Of a stretch of 64,000 bases of DNA, positions 57,540 to 64,000 are shown one piece after another. A program made the translations under genes and the position numbers. Each line of letters starts with the position of its first letter. Position 1 is the stretch's first letter. The notes below the pieces were generated by a model that did no database searches, was not told where the DNA came from, and saw only the letters and a program-made list of their open reading frames with translations. Source of the stretch: a virus. The stretch is from positions 1 to 64,000 of IMG/VR virus record IMGVR_UViG_3300023112_000009. One strand, given 5' to 3'.

Positions 57540-58763
57540 TTATTCCTTAATCCTTTCAGTAACTAGTTTCCAAATCTTGTCCTCGATATCCTTATCATCG
57601 AGTAGTGCGAACACGAAGCCGCCCTCCATGTTGTCCACGTTGGCCTGGATCCACATGGCCTGTTCTTTTCGAGGACGATTTGCACCGACCTCTTCATGCA
57701 TGCGGTTCAGGTTGACATGAGCAGCAGTGAAGATTTCATCGTACATTCCCTGCACCAAGGCACGAATGTCATCAAAGTCGCAAGCGATGCTTGCGGGTAG
57801 TTGCTTGACGGTTACACCGTACTCGTGACCACGGATCAATGCGATTACACCTTTTGGACTCATAGCGTCCAAAAGACGGTGGATACGAACGTACGTTGGA
57901 CTCTTAACCTTCACGCGAAGGCTGCCAATCTTAGCAACATATCCCTCAGTGTTATCTTCGAACGTAGCTTCACGCAAGTCCATTTGATATACTTTAGGTC
58001 TACGGAAGCCACACATTTCTGCGATCTGATCGACACGACGAGGGTGCCACTCGACTCCGTTGTGCTCGAAAATCGCAAGCAATACAAGCTCGCGAGCACC
58101 GTGGTAGTCCACGACGATACGGTTCTCGGGATAGATGATCTCGAAAACAGGAGTACAATCTGTCGGCAGAGCCGTAAGGTCATAACGTGGCAAAGCACAC
58201 ACTGTTTCCTGATAAGTAGAGTATCGTTCAGTGTATTCAGATGCACAACGCGGGTGCGTGGGCTGTCCCTCGCATTCTGGCACCATTTCATTTAGGATAC
58301 GAGTACCCTCAAGAGCCTGATCAGACTCCATGTTACCCGGCGTAGCCAAACGCCACATGGGTACATTTATGGTGTAGACGTGACCTCGCGTGTACATGTC
58401 TGGGTTTTCTTCAAACGAAGGTAACGGATCTCTCGTGTCTGGTCCCTTGGTACCGAAGTATCCAACACCACACGAACCATCCATCTTTTCATAGACTTCA
58501 CAGCCCTCATCCCACGGAAGGTTAGCAACCTTGGTCTCTTCACGTTCGTTCATGTTGAAGAACTTAGAGAACGGTCGAGCTATAACGGTACCGTCAACAT
58601 CGAAGATAATCCCTCTGGCCTGACGATTTACGTCATTCCAGAGGTCTTGAATGTGTGTGTCTTGCGTGTACTTGAAAAGAGTATACGATCCTGACTGGTT
58701 CGCGTTCACGCGACCAGCTTCTACCTCTTTCCAGAGTTTGTTTAATAGGATCGGATCTTTCAT
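57540..58763 (-). CDS. RNA ligase, T4 Rnl1 family
   Basis: LFKY; ARGIIFD; ARPFSKFFN; motif I EKMDGS; FEII.PENRIVV; EGYV; RVKVK..Y. Confidence 0.9.
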   Translation of the reverse strand: MKDPILLNKLWKEVEAGRVNANQSGSYTLFKYTQDTHIQDLWNDVNRQARGIIFDVDGTVIARPFSKFFNMNEREETKVANLPWDEGCEVYEKMDGSCGVGYFGTKGPDTRDPLPSFEENPDMYTRGHVYTINVPMWRLATPGNMESDQALEGTRILNEMVPECEGQPTHPRCASEYTERYSTYQETVCALPRYDLTALPTDCTPVFEIIYPENRIVVDYHGARELVLLAIFEHNGVEWHPRRVDQIAEMCGFRRPKVYQMDLREATFEDNTEGYVAKIGSLRVKVKSPTYVRIHRLLDAMSPKGVIALIRGHEYGVTVKQLPASIACDFDDIRALVQGMYDEIFTAAHVNLNRMHEEVGANRPRKEQAMWIQANVDNMEGGFVFALLDDKDIEDKIWKLVTERIKE

Positions 58764-58776
58764 AATCGCTCCGCGA

Positions 58777-58980
58777 TTAGGTGTTGGGCAACAATGCCCT
58801 GCTGTGCAATGTATTTAGTTGGTATGTATCGTACCAAGCAGAGACTTGGCACATCACTGGACCATTGACGTTTAGTTTATCAACTAGTTCTTGTGCTTCT
58901 TCACGGGTATCAAATATTCCCATGAACGGGAGGCGATGATTGCCATTGTGCCTATCAAAGACAACGTAGACTTCTTTCAT
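58777..58980 (-). CDS. hypothetical protein
   Basis: VYVV...MGIFDTREEA, a common small phage-protein pattern. Confidence 0.55.
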   Translation of the reverse strand: MKEVYVVFDRHNGNHRLPFMGIFDTREEAQELVDKLNVNGPVMCQVSAWYDTYQLNTLHSRALLPNT

Positions 58981-59072
58981 GCAATCAAAATTCCCATAGC
59001 AACGATAGCGGCTACTGCAATTACAGCAGATATAACCTGCATGACTGTCGGCTTCTTGGCTTTTCGGTTCAT
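58977..59072 (-). CDS. 31-aa single-TM peptide (not in ORF track)
   Basis: MNRKAKKPTVMQVISAVIAVAAIVAMGILIA; ATGA overlaps at both ends. Confidence 0.5.
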   Translation of the reverse strand: MNRKAKKPTVMQVISAVIAVAAIVAMGILIA

Positions 59073-59353
59073 GCGAATTTTTCCTGCTCTTTGGCGTCAG
59101 TAATTTTTTGCATAATTACATCTGGACTATCATGACAAACTCTTGATTGATTACCCAACATGATTAGTGATCCACCAAGAATTTGCTTGTGCTTTCCATT
59201 AGCCATAGCACGTCCGTCCGGTCCAAAAGAATGCAACCCAAACGGACCACTATACGGTTCAATTTGCATAATCATATGCGGCCTGATGTATACGTCGTTA
59301 GCGGTATCTTCCTCCGTCATGGAGTCAGCCATTTTGATCTTAATAAAATTCAT
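59069..59353 (-). CDS. hypothetical protein
   Basis: 94 aa; ATGA coupling. Confidence 0.55.
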   Translation of the reverse strand: MNFIKIKMADSMTEEDTANDVYIRPHMIMQIEPYSGPFGLHSFGPDGRAMANGKHKQILGGSLIMLGNQSRVCHDSPDVIMQKITDAKEQEKFA

Positions 59354-59634
59354 TTCTTCGTTCTACGCTTAGGTTTCGCTTCTGGTTCTTCTTCTTCTAC
59401 AGGATCAGGGTCAAGCCATTCAATAGCCCCCTTTCCCTCGTGGCCATGAACAGCCACGAATGTTTTCATGTTGTCATAAACACTCACGGTTCCCATGTTG
59501 GAAATCCACGAATGAACTACCTTTCCATTAGACAGTTCCACGCCTTCACCCACAACGCCCGTACCGCTGACGCCTGAAACGTCTTCGGTACGGACAAAGT
59601 GAAAGCGACGGATGCCGGGTTTACTATTGCTCAT
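59350..59634 (-). CDS. conserved hypothetical phage protein
   Basis: RRF..VR.EDVSGVSGTGVV.EGV..NG.V..W...VHGHEG, a motif I recall from actinobacterial/phage hypotheticals (unverified). Confidence 0.6.
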   Translation of the reverse strand: MSNSKPGIRRFHFVRTEDVSGVSGTGVVGEGVELSNGKVVHSWISNMGTVSVYDNMKTFVAVHGHEGKGAIEWLDPDPVEEEEPEAKPKRRTKK

Positions 59635-59636
59635 AA

Positions 59637-60908
59637 TTAAAATCCAGCACCCTTAAGTGCCTTGGCTCTTGCACGCTCCATGTTTTGAGCGATCTTTTGA
59701 CCATCCTTTAGGTGGGCGAACTCGTGACCTCGAACCTGCCGGATAACTCCAGCAGCTTTCAGCAACCTGTCGCCCTGCTCGTACGGGTCGTTTGCGTGCA
59801 GCGGACCTCTCCCCCTCGCGTCTGCCTTAGAAGCAAGAACAACACGAGAAAGCATTTGGTCTCCCTGTACAGCAAGCAGTCGCATAAGCAGACGCACCTT
59901 CTTCACGGGCTTTAAATCATCAAATCTATGGACGTTCAAGTGGTCCTTTGCCGTCACCGCCGCAACCTTGCGATGCGTGTTCGGTACGCGGAGCCTGTCG
60001 CACATGTCGTGAACAAGCGGCACACCGAGTGCTTCGTGGTTGTAATGATGTGGCAAATTGTCATCGTCCGTAACAGCCTTACCCAAATCGTGTGTAAGTG
60101 CAGCGAACATCGTCTCATCGTCCGCACCAAGCTCGGCAGCCCGGTCCACGACCTCAAGAGTGTGTACGTATGCATCACCTTCGGGATGGTACTTCTCGGG
60201 CTGAGTACGCCCCTGTAGAGCGTCTATTTCCGGAAGGACAACCTCTAGGGCACCCAATTTGTCTAAAGCTTCAAAGAACAGCGACGGCTTCGGCGTACGG
60301 AGTGCCTTTTCAAGCTCACCCCACAGACGCTCGCCCGGTAGCGTGATTAGCTCAGGTAAAACAACCTGTGCTACCTCAACAAGCTCATCAGATAGTACCA
60401 TGCCCAATTGGGCTGCGAACCTTGCGGCACGCAGTACACGCAACGGATCTTCTCCGAAGTGTGCTCCAACAGGACGCAGTACACCATCAGCTAGGTCTCT
60501 GGCTCCACGGAACGGGTCAAAGACCTTACCCGTGAAGGGATCCATAGCCATAGCGTTTATCGTGAGATCTCGACGTTGAAGGTCTTGTTCAAGCGTAACG
60601 TCTTCCGTTTGGCAATCGAATCCCTTGTAGCCTTGACCATCGTCTGTTTTTTGCTCAGTTCTAGCAAGGGCTACCTCAACGTCGCCGTGATCGGTGACGA
60701 TTTTCCATACCGGAAAGCTGTCGCCAACAAGTTCACCGTGCTTATGTAGCAGGCGGCAAAGCTCGTTAGAAGCACCCACAACCATAACGTCCACGTCTTT
60801 GGGCTGTCGGCCCAAAAGCATGTCGCGTACAAACCCTCCTACAACGAAGGGCGTACCGCCAGCGTCAACGATCAACTGGCATAGGTCTAGGTGTTTTTGA
60901 CGTAGCAT
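59637..60908 (-). CDS. cca: CCA-adding tRNA nucleotidyltransferase with HD phosphatase domain
   Basis: VGGFVRD..DVDV; EVALARTE; DLQRRDLTINAMA; EDPLRVLRAARF; ERLW.E; HPEGD..HT; HDLGK. Confidence 0.93.
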   Translation of the reverse strand: MLRQKHLDLCQLIVDAGGTPFVVGGFVRDMLLGRQPKDVDVMVVGASNELCRLLHKHGELVGDSFPVWKIVTDHGDVEVALARTEQKTDDGQGYKGFDCQTEDVTLEQDLQRRDLTINAMAMDPFTGKVFDPFRGARDLADGVLRPVGAHFGEDPLRVLRAARFAAQLGMVLSDELVEVAQVVLPELITLPGERLWGELEKALRTPKPSLFFEALDKLGALEVVLPEIDALQGRTQPEKYHPEGDAYVHTLEVVDRAAELGADDETMFAALTHDLGKAVTDDDNLPHHYNHEALGVPLVHDMCDRLRVPNTHRKVAAVTAKDHLNVHRFDDLKPVKKVRLLMRLLAVQGDQMLSRVVLASKADARGRGPLHANDPYEQGDRLLKAAGVIRQVRGHEFAHLKDGQKIAQNMERARAKALKGAGF

Positions 60909-61195
60909 TATTCTTTTTTAAAGCGATTGCATTCTTCGATCTTGGAAACCAGGATCGGAGGAGAGTCCTTGACATTCTCAGGTCTCCAGAAGCAAATTGT
61001 CTTTACTCTTTCGTGTTCAATTACGGTGTCGATTACTTCTGGAGTCTGTTGTGACTCATTAAAGATATCGTATGTGTCTTCTTGTTTTTCGTTCGGTGAC
61101 TCATATGAGACACGTTCCTGTTCGGTCTCTTTTACGCAAATGCCAAACTTGCAGGTCCAGCACTTACTTTCTTCGGCCTTAAGTTCGTCATTCAT
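60908..61195 (-). CDS. hypothetical Cys-containing protein
   Basis: CWTC..C...C...C; TAATG coupling. Confidence 0.55.
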   Translation of the reverse strand: MNDELKAEESKCWTCKFGICVKETEQERVSYESPNEKQEDTYDIFNESQQTPEVIDTVIEHERVKTICFWRPENVKDSPPILVSKIEECNRFKKE

Positions 61196-61629
61196 GCTTG
61201 AAAAATAGACATATCAGTCCACTCGGTTTCGTCGTCGTGAGGTTGGTACTTGTTGATCTGCTTTCGTAGCGTTGCCAAAGGAACACCATGAACGTTACGC
61301 TCAAAGAGCACTTCGGGATCCCAGGGGCCAGGGGTGCGTAGCACTTCTACAGTGTACCCGTATTTCTCAGCCATGTCAAGATAAGGTTTCATTTCCCATC
61401 GAGTCATGCTAGTGTTAGCCACCACGACCAACTCTACATCAAAATTACACGCAGTCCTGACGTTCGTTTGGTTCCAGGAATGAGCGAGCCCCAATTTGGA
61501 GGGGTCGAAGTCATATGGACCTTTTCTCTCCCAGAACTTGTCGGTTTCAAAGATTTCGCCACCGACAGCCTTGGCGATTGTGCTTTTGCCGCTTCCTGAC
61601 GGGCCTCGTAGTAGGACTAGTCTCTTCAT
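61192..61629 (-). CDS. AAA_33/N4BP2-like P-loop polynucleotide kinase
   Basis: LLRGPSGSGKST; AH.WNQ; VVVANT; ERNVHGVP. ATG 61629 follows TATAAT-N6. Confidence 0.8.
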   Translation of the reverse strand: MKRLVLLRGPSGSGKSTIAKAVGGEIFETDKFWERKGPYDFDPSKLGLAHSWNQTNVRTACNFDVELVVVANTSMTRWEMKPYLDMAEKYGYTVEVLRTPGPWDPEVLFERNVHGVPLATLRKQINKYQPHDDETEWTDMSIFQA

Positions 61630-61635
61630 GCTACC

Positions 61636-61674
61636 ATTATACACCAGAAGCGGAGCAAGTCAAGCTCCGCTTCT
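61636..61674 (-). promoter_or_regulatory. promoter TTGACT-N16-TATAAT whose -35 lies in the loop of an 11-bp hairpin; leaderless
   Basis: AGAAGCGGAGC-TTGACTT-GCTCCGCTTCT-ggtg-TATAAT-ggtagc-ATG; on the + strand the hairpin is followed by a T-run. Confidence 0.65.
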
Positions 61675-61697
61675 AGTTTTTTATCTCTTACTGACGA

Positions 61698-62117
61698 TTA
61701 GAAGAGTTGTTCGTCAGTACCGCCTTCGCCACCACCAGTTGTGGCAGGAACCTTTTCACCGGGTTCGTCACCGCCCACGCTGGGAGCCCCGGAACCACCG
61801 CTGTTGCCAACGAAGAAGAAACCATTGACGTTTTCAAGCTGAACTTCTAGCTTGGTACGCTTCTCGCCTTCGTCGTTCGTCCAACTGTTCGGGATAAGAT
61901 TGCCCCTGATAAGGATTTGCTTACCTTTTTCAAGGTGCTTGCCCATGATCTCGGCCTGCTTGCCAAAACCAACACAGTCCACGAAGGTAGTGGTCTTGCG
62001 ATCACCGAAGCCATTGTTAACAGCAATGGTAAATCGTACGACGTTATTTTCTTGACCCATCACCTTGGGGTCATCAACAAGGTTGCCTTGGGCAATAAAT
62101 TGATTGAGATTACTCAT
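61698..62117 (-). CDS. ssb: single-stranded DNA-binding protein
   Basis: NQFIAQGNLVDDP; FTIAVN; TTFVDCVGFG; KGKQILIRG; Gly-rich linker; acidic DEQLF tip. Confidence 0.92.
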   Translation of the reverse strand: MSNLNQFIAQGNLVDDPKVMGQENNVVRFTIAVNNGFGDRKTTTFVDCVGFGKQAEIMGKHLEKGKQILIRGNLIPNSWTNDEGEKRTKLEVQLENVNGFFFVGNSGGSGAPSVGGDEPGEKVPATTGGGEGGTDEQLF

Positions 62118-62125
62118 ATTTATGT

Positions 62126-62698
62126 TCAGCTACCAGTGGTTTCAATACCATCTGCCACAGTGATAGCTTCTTCCTGTGCGACGGGGGTTTGAGGTTGTTT
62201 AGACGCTACGACTTCGGCCAACGCTTGTTCGCGTGTCAGGTCGCCAGCTTTAAACCTGACGTTTTGTTCACGAGACATACGAAAGCGATGCTTGGCTCCA
62301 GTGGCAGCTTCGGCTAGATCCGTAAAGTTTTTCAAAGTCAGTGCGGGATCAAGATACACCGAGTCAGGTACTTCGGGCTTGCGGCCTTGTAGTTTTTCTA
62401 GGCCACCGTTAGCCAAGAACTCTTGAAAGGCCCCTTCGCGGGTCAACGACATTGAATCGTTCCAGCCATCAATGATTTCAAGGGATTCTTTTACCCAATT
62501 GAACGGCTTGCCTTTGTTGTTACGGGAATTCTCAAGAACGTTAGCTGCATCTTCAATACTGAGTCCACTAAAGGTGGAACGAGCAGCAGCGTCAAGAGAG
62601 GTAAGTGCGATACGTGCAGCTTGATTTTTGGTCACTCGAAAACGAAAGCCCGTTTCCTTTGCGAAGTTGTCAAGCGTGAGGTTAGTTGTTGTTGTCAT
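62126..62698 (-). CDS. hypothetical protein with duplicated LTLxNF...TG..RFR...LTRE.A domain
   Basis: Two copies of the motif are visible; it has its own promoter. Confidence 0.65.
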   Translation of the reverse strand: MTTTTNLTLDNFAKETGFRFRVTKNQAARIALTSLDAAARSTFSGLSIEDAANVLENSRNNKGKPFNWVKESLEIIDGWNDSMSLTREGAFQEFLANGGLEKLQGRKPEVPDSVYLDPALTLKNFTDLAEAATGAKHRFRMSREQNVRFKAGDLTREQALAEVVASKQPQTPVAQEEAITVADGIETTGS

Positions 62699-62731
62699 GT
62701 GTTTACCTTTTACTGGGAGGAGTACATATAC

Positions 62732-62760
62732 ATTATGACACCTTGGCAGTAGAGTGTAAG
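62732..62760 (-). promoter_or_regulatory. promoter CTTACA-N17-CATAAT (extended TG)
   Basis: CTTACA-ctctactgccaaggtgt-CATAAT; identical hexamers and GTGT at 33267-33295. Confidence 0.6.
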
Positions 62761-62803
62761 GGGGATTCTTAAGTTTTCTACAGGCGTAAGTCTTTATCTA
62801 GCA

Positions 62804-63025
62804 TTAGGTTAGGTCAATGATCCTGTCGGCACATTCGATTGCTTGTGAGGTCAGATCAGACGTATCGAACTTCTCCTTTCTAGTGTTGGATAGCATACCA
62901 GAGAGAATCTGAGCAACCATCAGTCTCTTGAGGTCACGCTGTGATAGTATGGGCTTGAGAGATTTAATCTTAATCGGTTTTTGAAAAACCAGAGGAGTAG
63001 TAGATCTGGGATTTTTCCTACTCAT
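62804..63025 (-). CDS. hypothetical protein
   Basis: AQILSGMLSN..AIECADRII, a small phage-protein pattern. Confidence 0.55.
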   Translation of the reverse strand: MSRKNPRSTTPLVFQKPIKIKSLKPILSQRDLKRLMVAQILSGMLSNTRKEKFDTSDLTSQAIECADRIIDLT

Positions 63026-63279
63026 GACATTCGGTGTTTCAATGCATTTCGTTTCCGTTCTTCTTCTTTATCTTTCAGCCAATCATTCCAACGAGTACAA
63101 TATATGCTAATCAGAGGTGCAACAAAGGCAAGTATAAACGTAACCGGGACAGCGAAGCAGCATAGGATTAATACTATCTCAGCCAAGATGAAAAATAATC
63201 CGAAGGAGCCTGGTACAGCGGGGTCAGCGTGTGCTAAAAACATCGCGATCAGCATTAGGGTGGGGTTTGATAGCCTCAA
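63022..63279 (-). CDS. small membrane protein
   Basis: Long hydrophobic segments followed by a basic tail; start uncertain. Confidence 0.5.
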   Translation of the reverse strand: MRLSNPTLMLIAMFLAHADPAVPGSFGLFFILAEIVLILCCFAVPVTFILAFVAPLISIYCTRWNDWLKDKEEERKRNALKHRMS

Positions 63280-63327
63280 TCGTGGTAGGCTGAATGATTA
63301 GTTCGCTCATAGTAAGTAAAAAGTGTG

Positions 63328-63414
63328 TGGTACAGGAAGGGGGACTCGAACCCCCACACCATTTCTGATACGAGATCCTAAATCTCGTGCGGCTACCAAT
63401 TACGCCATTCCTGC
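63328..63414 (-). tRNA. tRNA-Leu (anticodon TAG), CCA encoded
   Basis: GCAGGAA/TTCCTGT acceptor, CGAGA-TTTAGGA-TCTCG anticodon arm, long V-arm, GGGGG-TTCGAGT-CCCCC T-arm, ACCA. Confidence 0.93.
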
Positions 63415-63415
63415 A

Positions 63416-63505
63416 TGGCTCTCTCCGACAGAAAAAATTTCTGTGGGATTCCTTCAGTTCGATTAACCTTTGATATTATCTATAGTTAGTGAATGTCGGA
63501 GAGAG
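63416..63505 (-). ncRNA. tRNA-sized, CCA-terminated stem RNA (not a canonical cloverleaf)
   Basis: 12-bp terminal inverted repeat CTCTCTCCGACA/TGTCGGAGAGAG ending in CCA, 1 nt before the tRNA-Leu 5' end. Confidence 0.5.
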
Positions 63506-63507
63506 TG

Positions 63508-63657
63508 TTATTCGTCTTCCAGGATTTCTTGGGCATCTGCATACCCTTCCCAGTTGTCAACGCCAGCAGCTTGTAGTGCCCGAAGGAACTGCTGATCTTC
63601 CAAGAGTTGTTCGTGCTCTGCACGAGTGAGAGTGACTGTTTCGTTTTGTTCGTTCAT
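63508..63657 (-). CDS. small conserved phage protein (49 aa, not in ORF track)
   Basis: MNEQNETVTLTRAEHEQLLEDQQFLRALQAAGVDNWEGYADAQEILEDE; the GVDNWEGY motif is one I recall from small phage proteins; it has its own promoter. Confidence 0.7.
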   Translation of the reverse strand: MNEQNETVTLTRAEHEQLLEDQQFLRALQAAGVDNWEGYADAQEILEDE

Positions 63658-63663
63658 GACTAC

Positions 63664-63691
63664 ATTATACTCGTTATTGCTCGTGTGTCAA
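63664..63691 (-). promoter_or_regulatory. consensus promoter TTGACA-N16-TATAAT, leaderless
   Basis: TTGACA-cacgagcaataacgag-TATAAT-gtagtc-ATG; it would also read into the CCA-stem RNA and tRNA-Leu. Confidence 0.75.
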
Positions 63692-63883
63692 GTTATTCCA
63701 CTCAAAACTAGTAAATTTGGATCCTTCTTTTACAACCCAGGTGGCGTGTCCATTATCTACTGCTTCTTGACGAACTGAGTCTTTTCCAGCATCCATAATT
63801 GTGCCAATAACAGCAATGATAGAAAGTATTACTAATATTGCAAGGCCCAACGTTATTAGATTATCTTTAGTTTTATATTTCAT
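63674..63883 (-). CDS. small single-TM protein
   Basis: LITLGLAILVILSIIAVIG TM, then EAVDNGHATW..FEW. Confidence 0.55.
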   Translation of the reverse strand: MKYKTKDNLITLGLAILVILSIIAVIGTIMDAGKDSVRQEAVDNGHATWVVKEGSKFTSFEWNNLTHEQ

Positions 63884-63890
63884 AGTTATT

Positions 63891-63979
63891 TGGTGGGAGT
63901 GGTAGGATTTGAACCCACGACGGAGCTTTCGCTCATCCGGTTAAAAGCCGGGTATCTTCGGCCACTTGATTACACTCCC
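63891..63979 (-). tRNA. tRNA with Lys (TTT) anticodon and a non-canonical long variable arm, CCA encoded
   Basis: GGGAGTG/CACTCCC acceptor; ATC-AAGTGGCCGAA-GAT D-arm; CCGG-CTTTTAA-CCGG anticodon arm; GAGC-GAAA-GCTC V-arm; GTGGG-TTCAAAT-CCTAC T-arm; ACCA. Confidence 0.88.
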
Positions 63980-64000
63980 TTGACTTCATTCTTACGAACG

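Noticed and set aside
1-64000. Cellular chromosome (e.g. a reduced bacterium) with an O-antigen locus
   Set aside because: There are no ribosomal, membrane-transport or envelope-export genes. The many homing endonucleases, T4-like Rnl1 and dNMP kinase, fibre- and holin-like genes and dense small ORFs fit a large phage better. Capsid and terminase genes are not in the window, so this remains an inference.
1-64000. Stop-codon reassignment (alternative genetic code)
   Set aside because: Conserved enzymes are full length in code 11, and TAA, TAG and TGA all terminate genes at expected positions. No suppressor tRNA is seen.

Overview
This window is a 64 kb piece of a large (jumbo-type) dsDNA bacteriophage genome. 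It is very gene-dense, uses the standard bacterial code, and most genes are coupled by ATGA/TAATG overlaps. The + strand arm (1-45116) carries a bacterial-type replisome (DnaB C-terminus, DnaG, Cas4/RecB-like nuclease, ClpP, DnaE, SSB-like protein, sigma factor). Next comes a ~23.7 kb glycan-biosynthesis island of apparently soluble enzymes: about 12 glycosyltransferases, 6 SAM methyltransferases, GMD, GDP-fucose synthase, an MPI-type cupin, IMPDH, a 2OG-Fe(II) oxygenase and a sulfotransferase-like protein. The arm ends with nucleotide-metabolism genes (MazG, class II RNR, ThyX), a small virion/fibre module and a holin-like gene. A terminator at ~45120 separates it from the - strand arm. That arm encodes PhoH, peptide deformylase plus Met aminopeptidase, a UDG-like protein, an apparently catalytically dead YhaM, a second sigma factor, an SMC-like ATPase, a DEDDh exonuclease, dNMP kinase, a tRNA-repair set (Rnl1 ligase, CCA-adding enzyme, P-loop kinase), SSB and a tRNA cluster. 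Seven free-standing homing-endonuclease-like genes are scattered through the window. The most notable signals are the phage glycosylation island, a tRNA-Lys(UUU) with a class II long-variable-arm body, a CCA-ended tRNA-sized non-cloverleaf RNA abutting tRNA-Leu, a recurring -10-N6-ATG leaderless promoter architecture, and an Lsr2-dimerisation-domain-like protein. All calls come from reading motifs by eye; no database search was run.
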